DNA from: Gammaproteobacteria bacterium
GTDB lineage: Bacteria > Pseudomonadota > Gammaproteobacteria > UBA4575
Length of the DNA: 64,000 bases
Direction: 5' to 3'
Assembly (NCBI GenBank): GCA_965243395.1
Contig: CBDEUS010000002.1
Location: 978,293-1,042,292, forward strand
A program made the translations under genes and the position numbers. Under the pieces are notes generated by a model, which worked only from the letters and a program-made list of their open reading frames with translations, was not told the origin of the DNA and did not search any database. This document shows positions 30,220-40,920 of the stretch, piece by piece. Position 1 is the stretch's first letter; each line of letters starts with the position of its first letter.

Positions 30220-31119
30220 ATGGCGGATCGACGATTACAGGTATTTTATACCGTGGCTAAGTTGCTTAGTTTCACGAAGGCAGCAGAAACCCTGCACATG
30301 ACTCAACCAGCGGTTACTTTTCAGGTACGTCAGCTGGAAGAGCATTTCAACACTCGTTTATTTGATCGTACTCATAATCGCGTCACATTAACTGAAGCGG
30401 GCAGAAAATCTTATGAATATGCAGAAGAGATTTTTGAGCTCTATGCTGAAATGGAAAATTCTATTAAAGAGTTAACTGGTGATGTAAGTGGTGTTTTAAC
30501 GTTGGGAGCAAGCACGACCATTGCAGAGTACATGTTACCGAGTCTACTCAGTGGTTTTACCAAAGAATATCCAGATATACAGCTGCGCCTTAAAGTTTCT
30601 AATACCGAGGGAATCGTGTCGATGATTGAAAATAGTATGATCGACTTAGGTATTGTTGAAGGACCTGTTACAAATAAAAATTTGTTAGTTGAAGAATGTC
30701 GTAAAGACTCCTTAGTCGTCATTGTTCCTAAGGATCATGAATTAGCAAGTAGAAGTTCTATCAGTATGGATGAGCTAATGCATTACCCATTTATATGTCG
30801 TGAAGAAGGTTCGGGTACGCGTGATGTGATTATGGAGTACATGCTAAGCCAGGGATTGGATCGAAATAATTTAAATATTAGTTTAGAACTTGGTAGCCCT
30901 GAATCAGTTAAGGGTGCAGTAGAAGCGGGAATGGGTGTTTCAATTGTTTCAAATGTCACAATCGAGAAGGAACTCAAGTTGGATAGCTTATATAAAGTTG
31001 ATTTGTCTCCTCAACTTGAAAGACCTTTTTCATTCGTGCGTCAAAGACAAAAATTTAGACTGCATGCAATGGAACAGTTGCTTGACTATGCAAGAGGATA
31101 TTGCAGTCCAAACAATTAA
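30220..31119 (+). CDS. LysR-family transcriptional regulator.
   Basis: An N-terminal winged HTH (LSFTKAAETLHMTQPAVTFQVRQLEE) followed by a LysR substrate-binding domain. Confidence 0.85.
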   Translation: MADRRLQVFYTVAKLLSFTKAAETLHMTQPAVTFQVRQLEEHFNTRLFDRTHNRVTLTEAGRKSYEYAEEIFELYAEMENSIKELTGDVSGVLTLGASTTIAEYMLPSLLSGFTKEYPDIQLRLKVSNTEGIVSMIENSMIDLGIVEGPVTNKNLLVEECRKDSLVVIVPKDHELASRSSISMDELMHYPFICREEGSGTRDVIMEYMLSQGLDRNNLNISLELGSPESVKGAVEAGMGVSIVSNVTIEKELKLDSLYKVDLSPQLERPFSFVRQRQKFRLHAMEQLLDYARGYCSPNN

Positions 31120-31228
31120 GCGGCTTAATTTCAGCAGGCTTTATGATGGTTAGCAAAATCTGTTTCTAATGCTTTGAAGAATTATTCTTCTATCTGTGTA
31201 CTCTTAATAGTATTCCTAGATTTAAAAA

Positions 31229-32335
31229 ATGATTGAATACATACGAAATTGGTATCAGCGACACTTCTCTGACCCGCAAGTAGTCATACTCGCATTATTT
31301 ATCATTGCAGGATTCGCTATCATTTTGCTTGCTGGTGATTTGCTAGCGCCTATATTGGCTAGCATCGTGATTGCTTATGTATTGGATGGAGCAGTCGAAA
31401 TTTTAAGACGTGGAAAAATCCCTAGATTTTTGGCACTTGGCTTAGTCTTTTCAGCTTTTATTACGTTGTTATTGATTATTATATTTGGGCTTTTGCCTAA
31501 GCTTTCGCAGCAATTCACTCAATTCTTTCGAGAACTTCCTAATATGATCTCTCAAGGTCAGAATTTAATAATGCAGTTACCAGAGCGTTATCCAAGCATT
31601 GCTCAAATTTTTACTGAAGAACAGATTAATGAACTTATTTGGTCTATTCGATCACAATTAATTTCTGCAGGACATAATTTTATTAGCCAACCTTTGGAAT
31701 CCGTAGTGGGCTTGCTCACAATAATGGTTTATTTGATTCTAGTACCTTTGCTTGTATTCTTTTTTCTTAAAGATAAAGAAAAGATTTTAAATTGGCTGGA
31801 GGGATTTTTGCCTTCAAATCGTGAGCTAACAAATGAAGTTTGGTTTGATGTAAACCAAAAAATTGCAAGCTATATACGCGGTAAGTTCATTGAAATATTT
31901 TTGATCTGGTCAGTCACTTATGTAACGTTTGTATTCCTTGGATTAGAGTACGCTATGCTGCTCTCCTTTTTGGTGGGAATTTCCGTAATCATTCCATATG
32001 TAGGTGCAGCAGTTGTCACCATTCCTATTGCATTTGTCGCATATTTCCAATGGGGCTTTAGTGCTGAGTTCGCTTATCTGCTAATTGCTTACACGGTCAT
32101 ACAATTTTTAGATGGCAATATTCTGGTTCCCTTACTGTTTTCTGAAGTTGTTAATTTGCATCCGGTAGCAATCATTGCAGCCGTACTTGTCTTTGGAGGT
32201 ATTTGGGGATTATGGGGTGTGTTTTTTGCAATTCCCCTTGCAACATTAATAAATGCTGTAATTAAAGCATGGCCTACAAAAAAGAGTTCTGAAGAAATTC
32301 AATCAGATGAAACGCAGTCCGCTAAACCTGCTTAA
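31229..32335 (+). CDS. AI-2E family transporter (PerM/YdiK-like).
   Basis: 368 aa, polytopic membrane protein with a UPF0118 layout. Confidence 0.8.
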   Translation: MIEYIRNWYQRHFSDPQVVILALFIIAGFAIILLAGDLLAPILASIVIAYVLDGAVEILRRGKIPRFLALGLVFSAFITLLLIIIFGLLPKLSQQFTQFFRELPNMISQGQNLIMQLPERYPSIAQIFTEEQINELIWSIRSQLISAGHNFISQPLESVVGLLTIMVYLILVPLLVFFFLKDKEKILNWLEGFLPSNRELTNEVWFDVNQKIASYIRGKFIEIFLIWSVTYVTFVFLGLEYAMLLSFLVGISVIIPYVGAAVVTIPIAFVAYFQWGFSAEFAYLLIAYTVIQFLDGNILVPLLFSEVVNLHPVAIIAAVLVFGGIWGLWGVFFAIPLATLINAVIKAWPTKKSSEEIQSDETQSAKPA

Positions 32336-32541
32336 ATTTGTTTGTATTAAGATCTATAACAAAACCTGAAACTCACTTAAAAAGCAGATATTTTTATTTG
32401 ATACAAGTTTCTTATTTATCGTATCGGTTAAGTTGATATCATTATTTTAATGGGTGTTAAGCTGCCAGATTTCTTGTAATACTATGATTTCATTTGTAAT
32501 ATCGCTCGCTGCATCAATCAACCAACTTATCGAGGTAGCCT

Positions 32542-33417
32542 GTGTTCCGAGGTAGCATGGTCGCGATGGCGACACCCATGCATGAAGACGGTGCGGTCGA
32601 CTACGACGCATTGGCTAAATATATAGAGTTTCATATTGAACATGAAACGGATGCTTTAGTGCCCGCCGGTACGACCGGTGAATCTGCAACACTGGACCAT
32701 GCTGAGCATTGTGAAGTAATAAAATTTGTTGTGGATCAAGTGAAAAGACGTGTTCCGGTAATTGCAGGTACAGGTGCAAATTCTACTCAAGAGGCAATCG
32801 ATTTAACTCAGTGTGCGAAAGATGCGGGAGCCGATGCTTGTTTATTAGTATCACCTTACTATAACAAGCCAACTCAAGAGGGTTTAGTGCTGCATCATCA
32901 AGCCATAGCTAAAGCTGTGGCAATACCTCAAATTCTTTATAACGTGCCTGGGCGTACTGCTTGTGATTTGTTGCCAGAAACTGCAATTCGTCTTTCTAAA
33001 GTAGATAATATTGTGGGTATTAAAGAAGCAACTGGTGAAATCAATCGATGTACACAAATCTTAGATGGTAGTCCTGATGGTTTTATGCTGATTAGTGGGG
33101 ATGACGATTCAGCAATGGAGTTTTTATTATCAGGAGGTTGTGGAGTGATCACCGTTACAGGAAACGTAGCCCCTAAATTATTTCATGATATGTGCATGGC
33201 ATGTCTCGATGGTGATCGACACAAAGCACAAGAGATAAATGCTAAATTAGAAAAGTTGAACAAGGACTTATTTGTTGAGTCTAATCCTATACCGGTTAAA
33301 TGGTGTTTAACCGAAATGGGCTTATTTCCCTCAGGCGTGCGTTTACCTATGACCACTTTATCTGCTCAGTATCATGACACCTTACGGCAAGCACTATCGG
33401 CTGCTGGTTCAATATAA
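32542..33417 (+). CDS. dapA: 4-hydroxy-tetrahydrodipicolinate synthase.
   Basis: Motifs GTTGES and NVPGRT. The conserved dapA-bamC pair follows. Confidence 0.9.
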   Translation: MFRGSMVAMATPMHEDGAVDYDALAKYIEFHIEHETDALVPAGTTGESATLDHAEHCEVIKFVVDQVKRRVPVIAGTGANSTQEAIDLTQCAKDAGADACLLVSPYYNKPTQEGLVLHHQAIAKAVAIPQILYNVPGRTACDLLPETAIRLSKVDNIVGIKEATGEINRCTQILDGSPDGFMLISGDDDSAMEFLLSGGCGVITVTGNVAPKLFHDMCMACLDGDRHKAQEINAKLEKLNKDLFVESNPIPVKWCLTEMGLFPSGVRLPMTTLSAQYHDTLRQALSAAGSI

Positions 33418-33438
33418 ATATATAAGGATCATAAATTA

Positions 33439-34485
33439 GTGCGAAAAATTTACATCATTTGCATTTTATTTTCTTTACTACAAATTAATGCGTGTGGATT
33501 TTTACAGCTTGGCTCGGACTATGCTGATGCTGGTTCCACCAACCCATTAGAAGCTCCACCTGATTTAGTTACACCACAGTGGGAAGATAGTTTAGAAATA
33601 CCTAAAACTGCAAATGATCGCGTGAGCGCATTAGAGACTCAAGGGCCAGCATTAGGTGCAGCAGTATTGCCCGAATTTGTTGATGTGCGCGTACGTCGTG
33701 AAGGACCTACAACTTGGTTAGAAGTAGATAGCGATCCTGTTTCTCTATGGCCGGCAATTCGAAGCTTTTGGCAAGATCAAGGTTATCCAATTGGTGCTGA
33801 TGAACCTTTGTTGGGTTATATCGAAACGGAATGGAAGCAACATACAGATCGTTCATTTAGTAGTGAGACCAATCAAGAAAGTTATGATGTAATTGGTGAA
33901 AAATTTCGAACCCGTCTTGAGCGTCAACCCAATGCGGTTACGAATATTTTCTTAACTCATCGTGGTGCTGAAGTTGCAGCCATAAATAAGCAAAATCAAA
34001 TTTTATGGAAACCACAAGCACCTAATGGTGAGCGCGAAACTGAAATGATGATCCGCTTAATGGAGTTTTTGGGTAATACAAGACTAGAAGCACAACAGAA
34101 ACTCGCTGGAGCTGACGCACAGTTTTTGTATCTTGATATTAAAGATATCGGTGGCGTACCTGTACTTGTTGTTGGTGATATTTATTCACGTGTTTGGCGA
34201 CGTACCGGGGTAGCGTTAGATCGTTCTGGTTTAGTGGTTGAAGATCATGATCGCAATAAAGGCGTTTACTTTGTTGCAGTTGATCTTGCGCCTGTGGGTG
34301 TGCCAGTTGAGGAAGCAAACACAGAGAAAGTGTTTTATGAAATCCACTTATTGGGTCAAGGAAAGCAGACATTAATTACTGCACATCAAGTCGATCAAGA
34401 AGAAGGTGTAATCACTCCAGAAACAGCAAGGCAGTTGTTGAAGCGGGTGGTGGCTGCGTATCCTGGGAGTTATCCAAATTCCTAG
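33439..34485 (+). CDS. bamC: Outer membrane assembly lipoprotein BamC (NlpB).
   Basis: Lipobox INAC. It lies immediately downstream of dapA, as in other gammaproteobacteria. Confidence 0.7.
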   Translation: MRKIYIICILFSLLQINACGFLQLGSDYADAGSTNPLEAPPDLVTPQWEDSLEIPKTANDRVSALETQGPALGAAVLPEFVDVRVRREGPTTWLEVDSDPVSLWPAIRSFWQDQGYPIGADEPLLGYIETEWKQHTDRSFSSETNQESYDVIGEKFRTRLERQPNAVTNIFLTHRGAEVAAINKQNQILWKPQAPNGERETEMMIRLMEFLGNTRLEAQQKLAGADAQFLYLDIKDIGGVPVLVVGDIYSRVWRRTGVALDRSGLVVEDHDRNKGVYFVAVDLAPVGVPVEEANTEKVFYEIHLLGQGKQTLITAHQVDQEEGVITPETARQLLKRVVAAYPGSYPNS

Positions 34486-34682
34486 ATGAATGAAGCCCTG
34501 AATTAGCTTTATGCTTCGTTAAATTAATTTTTCAAAATACTCATTTACGAATTTGTAAACTCCGTTTTTTAAAAATTAATTTGTCTTGCCTAAAACTAAT
34601 TCAGAACTTCTTTGTATTCATTTAAGTCTTTTAAACTTATATATGCCTGATCTCCATACATGGCCTTAGAAGCGATTAGTTG

Positions 34683-36551
34683 CTAAGAAGTTTGTTTTGT
34701 TTTTTCTTCTGTAAATTCTTTAATTGATTTCAATATAGATTCAGCATCTAAACCTGCTTCTTCTAGTAGTTCCTCGCGTGATGCGTGATTTTGGTATGCA
34801 TCAGGTAAGCCTAGGTTTTTAATTTTCACAGTTTTATTTTTAGCTAATACTTCATTCACCGTACTTCCAGCACCCCCGGCAATAACATTATCTTCAACAG
34901 TAATGAGATACTTGTGTTGCTGGGCAATTTTTTTGACAAGTGCATTATCAATTGGCTTAACGAAACGCATATTCACCACCGTAGCATTAAGTTTTTCACC
35001 AGCCTGTAATGCGTCATATACCGGACTGCCGAAAACTAATATCGCAATATCTTTTCCTTCGCGTAAGACTTTTGCTTTTCCAATTTCAATTTCTCGCATA
35101 TCTGGAGAAACAGGAGCGCCAGGTCCACTACCACGCGGATAACGCACTGCTGTTGGGCAATCTTGCAGATGTGCGGTGTACAGCATGCGTCGAGTTTCAT
35201 TTTCATCCGCTGGGGTCATGACAATCATATTGGGTATGCAACGAAGGTAAGTTAAGTCAAAACTTCCTGCATGAGTTTGACCGTCTGGTCCCACTACACC
35301 GGCACGATCGATTGCAAACACAACAGGTAAGTTTTGCACTGCTACATCATGAATCAGTTGGTCATAAGCACGTTGTAAAAAGGTCGAATAAATTGCTACT
35401 ACTGGTTTTAATTTTTCACATGCCATACCAGCAGCAAGGGTTACTGCGTGTTGCTCGGCAATTGCAACATCAAAATAACGATCAGGGAATTTTTTTGAAA
35501 ACTCCACTAAACCAGAACCTTCACGCATAGCAGGGGTTATGGCCATTACCCGTTCATCTTGTTCAGCAATATCGCAAATCCAATCGCTAAATACTTTTGT
35601 ATAAGTTGTTTTGGGTTTTTTGTTTGATTTTACGACTCCAACACTAGGGTCGAATGAAGGTACAGCATGATAACCAACGGGGTCTGATTCAGCTTTTTCA
35701 TAACCTTTACCTTTGCGTGTAACGATATGCAAGAGGCGTGGGCCTTGTAAGCGTTTTAAGTTTTGCAGTGTTTTCACTAAGCCTGAAACATCATGACCAT
35801 CAACCGGGCCAAAATAATTTACACCCATTTCCTCAAACAATGTTCCAGGTGCAATCATGCCTTTAATATGTTCTTCAGTGCGTTTAGCTAACTCATGCAT
35901 AGGAGGAATTGGCTCTAATAATTTTTTGCTACCTTCACGCATAGTTGAAAAGACACGTCCCGATAACATGCGTGTTAAATAATTTGTCATCGCACCAACA
36001 TTCGGTGAAATAGACATTTCATTATCATTTAAAATAACAAGTAAGTCGGCTCGGCAAGCACCTAAATGATTTAGCGCTTCATAAGCCAATCCTGCTGTAA
36101 GTCCACCATCACCTATTATTGCTACTACTTTTCGTTTGTCAGTATGTTGACTTGCAATCGCCATGCCGAGTGCTGCACTGATCGAGGTACTGGAATGACC
36201 AACGCCAAAATGATCATACTCACTCTCACTACGTTTAGGGAATGGAGCTAATCCGCCCTTGGTGCGAATAGTAGTAATTTGATTTTTACGCCCGGTAAGA
36301 ATTTTATGTGGATAACATTGATGACCGACATCCCAAACAATACGGTCGTGAGGTGTATTAAAAACATAATGTAATGCTGTGGTTATTTCTATTGCGCCAA
36401 GCCCCGCTGCAAAGTGTCCTCCACTGGTAGCTACAGAATCTAATAAATAAGACCTTAATTCTTGCGCAACTGCAGGCAGTTGTTTGGCATCAAGCGCTCG
36501 CAAATCCGCAGGGAAAGTGATGTTATCTAGTAAAGGATATGACTGGCTCAT
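34683..36551 (-). CDS. dxs: 1-deoxy-D-xylulose-5-phosphate synthase.
   Basis: 622 aa with the ThDP motif GDG...N and the dxs-ispA-xseB synteny. Confidence 0.95.
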   Translation of the reverse strand: MSQSYPLLDNITFPADLRALDAKQLPAVAQELRSYLLDSVATSGGHFAAGLGAIEITTALHYVFNTPHDRIVWDVGHQCYPHKILTGRKNQITTIRTKGGLAPFPKRSESEYDHFGVGHSSTSISAALGMAIASQHTDKRKVVAIIGDGGLTAGLAYEALNHLGACRADLLVILNDNEMSISPNVGAMTNYLTRMLSGRVFSTMREGSKKLLEPIPPMHELAKRTEEHIKGMIAPGTLFEEMGVNYFGPVDGHDVSGLVKTLQNLKRLQGPRLLHIVTRKGKGYEKAESDPVGYHAVPSFDPSVGVVKSNKKPKTTYTKVFSDWICDIAEQDERVMAITPAMREGSGLVEFSKKFPDRYFDVAIAEQHAVTLAAGMACEKLKPVVAIYSTFLQRAYDQLIHDVAVQNLPVVFAIDRAGVVGPDGQTHAGSFDLTYLRCIPNMIVMTPADENETRRMLYTAHLQDCPTAVRYPRGSGPGAPVSPDMREIEIGKAKVLREGKDIAILVFGSPVYDALQAGEKLNATVVNMRFVKPIDNALVKKIAQQHKYLITVEDNVIAGGAGSTVNEVLAKNKTVKIKNLGLPDAYQNHASREELLEEAGLDAESILKSIKEFTEEKTKQTS

Positions 36552-36571
36552 ATTGAGGAATATATTTAAAT

Positions 36572-37504
36572 TTATGAATCGCGCGTTACCATGTACTCGC
36601 TTATCGCACGTAAATTTTGAGCACGTTCATCCAATTCTTTAATTTCTTCTAGTGCTTGTTGTAATAAATTATTAGCGCTAAGTTCAGCTTGTGCTATTCC
36701 CACAATGCTAGGGTAGGTGGGTTTATTTTGTGCAGCATCTGAACCTTGTGGCTTACCTAACGTTACCGTGTCTGATTGAATATCTAAAATATCATCACGT
36801 ATTTGAAAGGCGAGTCCAACTTTTTCCGAAAAATGCGCAAAATGTGCATACATTTCAGGGTCATTTATATCACTAGCCACTACGGCCATTAAAACACTCG
36901 TTTGTATTAATGCTGCAGTTTTCAAGGTGTGCATATTCGTAATTTGTGATTCATTTAATTGCTTATTGACGGAAGCCAAGTCAATTGCTTGACCACCTGC
37001 CATACCTAAAGAGCCAGAAGATTTTGCAAGTAGCTGAATCATTTTGACACGTTGATCATCTGTAATTTCTGCATTTGCAAGAATGCTAAATGCAAGTGCT
37101 TGGATTGCATCTCCCGCAAGAATAGCGGTCGCTTCAGTAAATGCTTTATGACAAGTCGGGCGGCCACGACGTAAATCATCATTATCCATGGCGGGTAAAT
37201 CGTCATGGATCAGAGAATAACTATGCATTAGCTCTACGGCGCAGGCTGCACAGTCTAAATTGGTTAAGTTACAGCTAAGGGCTTCACCTGTTGCATACAC
37301 TAGGGCAGGCCGGATTCGTTTACCGCCGCCTAACACCGAGTAACGCATAGCTTGATGCAGCGTCTTAGGTGAGTCAGTATCTTTTGGTAATTCAATTTCT
37401 AGCTGCTGATTGACGCGATTAGCATATAGATTAATTAAATCTTCTACGCATAATTGCTCAGCAATAGCTGCACCGATCATTTCATTCGTCTTTAGGATTT
37501 TCAT
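36572..37504 (-). CDS. ispA: Farnesyl diphosphate synthase.
   Basis: DDxxD motifs ([12 protein letters not shown] and FQIRDDILD). Confidence 0.9.
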   Translation of the reverse strand: MKILKTNEMIGAAIAEQLCVEDLINLYANRVNQQLEIELPKDTDSPKTLHQAMRYSVLGGGKRIRPALVYATGEALSCNLTNLDCAACAVELMHSYSLIHDDLPAMDNDDLRRGRPTCHKAFTEATAILAGDAIQALAFSILANAEITDDQRVKMIQLLAKSSGSLGMAGGQAIDLASVNKQLNESQITNMHTLKTAALIQTSVLMAVVASDINDPEMYAHFAHFSEKVGLAFQIRDDILDIQSDTVTLGKPQGSDAAQNKPTYPSIVGIAQAELSANNLLQQALEEIKELDERAQNLRAISEYMVTRDS

Positions 37505-37739
37505 TGCTGTCGAAATCCTTTTCTACCCAATCTTTATTTTCTTTATTAAGCACTGAAATTTTTTGTTCAGCAGTTTGTAAAGCTTGGCGACACTCTCGTG
37601 TTAGCTTTACACCTTGTTCAAAGTTTTTCAGAGAATCTTCTAATGACAAATCGCCTTTTTCTAACTTATCAACCAAAGTTTCAAGTTCTTTTAAAGATTT
37701 TTCAAAATCAATAGTTTTAGCAGTTGGTTTACGTGCCAC
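37482..37739 (-). CDS. xseB: Exodeoxyribonuclease VII small subunit.
   Basis: 85 aa, coiled-coil FEKSLKELETLVDKLEKGDLSLEDSL. It overlaps the ispA start. Confidence 0.85.
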   Translation of the reverse strand: MARKPTAKTIDFEKSLKELETLVDKLEKGDLSLEDSLKNFEQGVKLTRECRQALQTAEQKISVLNKENKDWVEKDFDSNENPKDE

Positions 37740-37915
37740 AATAATTCCTATATTTTTAATGAATCACTTATTTTGATATCTCGGTGATAGGTCTAGTTGA
37801 CATGCTTTTAGACCTGTTCTAAAGTTCCATAAAGTTTAGACTAAGTCTAAATCAGAATAAAATCGGCAAATTCATCATGTCTTTGCTGTAATCATAATAG
37901 CTGGAGGTAGCGATA

Positions 37916-38332
37916 ATGTCTCTAAAAGGCAGTAAAACAGAAGAAAATCTAAAAGCCGCATTTGCGGGCGAATCACAGGCGAATCGTCGATATTTATATT
38001 TTGCAGCTAAGGCTGACGTAGAAGGTTACAACGATGTGTCCGCTGTATTTCGCTCAACTGCGGAAGGGGAAACGGGTCATGCTCATGGACATCTGGAATA
38101 TCTAGAAGAATGTGGTGATCCTGCTACTGGATTACCCATTGGTGGAACTAGTGATAATTTAAAAGCCGCAATCGCTGGCGAAACTCACGAATATACCGAT
38201 ATGTATCCAGGCATGGCAAAAACCGCTCGTGAAGAAAGTTTTGATGAGGTTGCAGATTGGTTTGAAACACTTGCTAAAGCTGAGCGTTCCCATGCAAACC
38301 GTTTCCAAAAAGCATTAGATACTTTAGATTAA
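37916..38332 (+). CDS. Rubrerythrin-family ferritin-like diiron protein (no rubredoxin domain).
   Basis: 138 aa with two ExxH motifs ([10 protein letters not shown] and AGETHEYTD). Confidence 0.8.
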   Translation: MSLKGSKTEENLKAAFAGESQANRRYLYFAAKADVEGYNDVSAVFRSTAEGETGHAHGHLEYLEECGDPATGLPIGGTSDNLKAAIAGETHEYTDMYPGMAKTAREESFDEVADWFETLAKAERSHANRFQKALDTLD

Positions 38333-38396
38333 GTTAGATTTAACAACACTTAATTGTCGATAAGATTTTGCAGAGTACAAACCGTAATTATGCGGT

Positions 38397-39764
38397 TTGT
38401 ACAATGCAGAAGTTTTCAAAAACACAACAGGATTTTTTATGAGAGAGGGTAGCTTAGAAGCACCTACAAGACATCCTATTGATTGGCAAGATCCAAAGTT
38501 TTATGACGAAGAGGATCTCAATGCAGAATTAGAACGTGTTTATGATATTTGTCATGGATGCAGACGCTGTGTAAGTCTGTGTAATTCTTTTCCAACATTA
38601 TTTGATTTAGTGGATGAATCCGACACCATGGAAGTAGATGGTGTTGCAAAAGAAGATTACATCAAAGTAGTTGATCATTGTTATTTATGTGATCTCTGTT
38701 TTTTAACTAAATGTCCTTATGTGCCGCCACATGAATGGAATGTGGATTTCCCGCATTTAATGCTACGTGCAAAAGCTATCAAGTTTAAAAAGCAGGGAGC
38801 GTCTAAGCGAGACAACATGTTGAGCAACACTGACAAAAACGGCAGGTTCTATGGAATTCCTGTTGTTGCACAAACGGTCAATGCTGTGAATAAAAATACC
38901 ATTGCACGTAAACAAATTAAAAAGTCACTAGGTATTCACCCTGATGCATACTTGCCTGGCTATGTAAGTAAACCTGCAAAAAAGCAGTTCGCTAAACATC
39001 AATCTACCGTAAGTCCAACTGCTGTGGGCAGCACTACAGGCAAAGTTGCTATTTATACAACCTGTTATGGGAATCATAATGAACCAGAGCTGGTGGAAGG
39101 ACTCATCAAAATTTTTGAGCACAATAACATTGCAGCCAAAATTATCACTCAAGATAAGTGTTGTAGTATGCCTAAATTAGAATTAGGGGATTTAGCTTCC
39201 GTTGCTGCAAACAAAGAACACAATATTCCCATATTATTAGATGTGATCCACGACGGCTGGGATATTATCGCTCCTGTTCCTTCTTGCGTGTTGATGTTTA
39301 AACAAGAATTACCTTTGATGTTTCCCGAAGATGAAGCCTTAAAGAAAGTGCAACAATCAATTTTTGATCCGTTTGAATATCTAGCGCTACGTCACAAAGA
39401 AGAGCTGCTCAATACAGAATTTAAAACCTCACTTGGAAAAGTTTCCTATCACGCTCCGTGCCACTTACGTGTACAAAATATGGGAAATAAAACACGCGAT
39501 ATTTTGAGCTTAGTGCCAGATACTGAAATTGAGCTCATTGAACGATGTGCTGGGCATGACGGCACCTATGCGGTTAAGGAAGAATTTCATGAGGTGTCAA
39601 TGAAAATTGCAAGGCCGGTGGTAAATAAAATTAAGAAAAATGAACCCGACTATTTTTCTAGTGATTGCCCTTTAGCAGGCCATCATCTAGCAAATGGTAT
39701 CGATAAAAATCAATCTTCACCAACCCATCCTATATCGTTGCTAAAAATTGCTTACGGACTATAA
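38397..39764 (+). CDS. Iron-sulfur oxidoreductase with two 4Fe-4S ferredoxin motifs plus CCG domains (GlpC/HdrD/LldE-like).
   Basis: CHGCRRCVSLC and CYLCDLCFLTKCP, then Cys-rich CCG-like repeats (KCCSMP, PCHLRVQ, RCAGHDG). Confidence 0.7.
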   Translation: MYNAEVFKNTTGFFMREGSLEAPTRHPIDWQDPKFYDEEDLNAELERVYDICHGCRRCVSLCNSFPTLFDLVDESDTMEVDGVAKEDYIKVVDHCYLCDLCFLTKCPYVPPHEWNVDFPHLMLRAKAIKFKKQGASKRDNMLSNTDKNGRFYGIPVVAQTVNAVNKNTIARKQIKKSLGIHPDAYLPGYVSKPAKKQFAKHQSTVSPTAVGSTTGKVAIYTTCYGNHNEPELVEGLIKIFEHNNIAAKIITQDKCCSMPKLELGDLASVAANKEHNIPILLDVIHDGWDIIAPVPSCVLMFKQELPLMFPEDEALKKVQQSIFDPFEYLALRHKEELLNTEFKTSLGKVSYHAPCHLRVQNMGNKTRDILSLVPDTEIELIERCAGHDGTYAVKEEFHEVSMKIARPVVNKIKKNEPDYFSSDCPLAGHHLANGIDKNQSSPTHPISLLKIAYGL

Positions 39765-39772
39765 ATCCAAAA

Positions 39773-40357
39773 ATGGAAAAACTCACACGACAAGACTTAC
39801 ATTCTTTGGAAGACTATTCTGCTATGCGTGATGAATTTCGTGCACAAGTGATTCAACATAAAAAAAATAGAGTGTTACAAGTGGGTCCTAATGTCACTAT
39901 GCATTTTGAAGATCGTCTTGTAATGCATTACCAAATTCAAGAAATGTTGCGTGCAGAAAAAATATTTGAAAGTGATGGCATACAGGAAGAATTAGATGCC
40001 TATAATCCAATGATTCCAGATGGTAGTAACTGGAAAGTCACCTTTATGATCGAGTTCCCTGATCCTGAAGAGCGTGCTGTGCGTTTAAAAGAGCTGTTAG
40101 GAATTGAAGATACTACTTATGTACAAGTATCAGGATATGAAAAAGTACATCCAATTTCAGATGAAGACTTACCACGTGAAACGGCAGAAAAAACTTCATC
40201 AGTACATTTCATGCGTTTTGAATTAACATCTGAGATGGTAAGTGCTTTGAAAGACGGCGCAGCAATAAGTGCAGGGATTGACCATCCTAAATATCAGCAT
40301 GCGATTGAAGCTTTACCGATTTCAATGAGAGATTCTTTAGTTGCTGATTTGGATTAA
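39773..40357 (+). CDS. DUF3501-like protein, operonic with the Fe-S protein.
   Basis: 194 aa, only 8 bp downstream of the CCG protein gene. The family assignment is from memory. Confidence 0.45.
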   Translation: MEKLTRQDLHSLEDYSAMRDEFRAQVIQHKKNRVLQVGPNVTMHFEDRLVMHYQIQEMLRAEKIFESDGIQEELDAYNPMIPDGSNWKVTFMIEFPDPEERAVRLKELLGIEDTTYVQVSGYEKVHPISDEDLPRETAEKTSSVHFMRFELTSEMVSALKDGAAISAGIDHPKYQHAIEALPISMRDSLVADLD

Positions 40358-40382
40358 TTGATGAGTGCGTGGAAGCGCAAAT

Positions 40383-40805
40383 TTAATATTCTAGCTTTTG
40401 TTTTAGTAGGTATTGCACGAAGCTAATTCGAGATTGCCTGTTTTTCCTCACTTTATGATGTTCACACCATTTCGCATAATCTTTAGCTTTAACCTTTACG
40501 CGTTCAAAAGGTTTGCTGCGACGAAGTAAGGCGAGGGTGGCTTTATCTGCGTTACTTAACCATTGTTGATATGTGTTATGTAGTGTTTCAGGATCCTCAC
40601 AAATCTTTTTTATTTTTTTCCACTCATTTTCATCGTACCAAGGAATAGCGATTACACTTAATTCAGATGTTTCTGAATAGCGATTAATTTTACGAAAAGT
40701 GACCCATGGCATGCCTATTGTATCTGCCATTCTCTTAATCGTAGAGTCGCCTTGGAAAAACTTCATATATTCTTTTATCTGCTTGAGTAGTATTAGCTTA
40801 AGCAA
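40383..40805 (-). CDS. Hypothetical protein.
   Basis: 140 aa, basic, with no recognisable motif. The start could be an internal Met. Confidence 0.35.
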   Translation of the reverse strand: MLKLILLKQIKEYMKFFQGDSTIKRMADTIGMPWVTFRKINRYSETSELSVIAIPWYDENEWKKIKKICEDPETLHNTYQQWLSNADKATLALLRRSKPFERVKVKAKDYAKWCEHHKVRKNRQSRISFVQYLLKQKLEY

Positions 40806-40920
40806 AAAAGATTAGAAGATATGTTTTGACCAGATATAAGGAATACTAAAGAGGTTTAAAATGAGCTTTTCTGATTTAAATTCAAGATAAAAAAATCAAC
40901 CCAATCGTTAGAAATGGATA

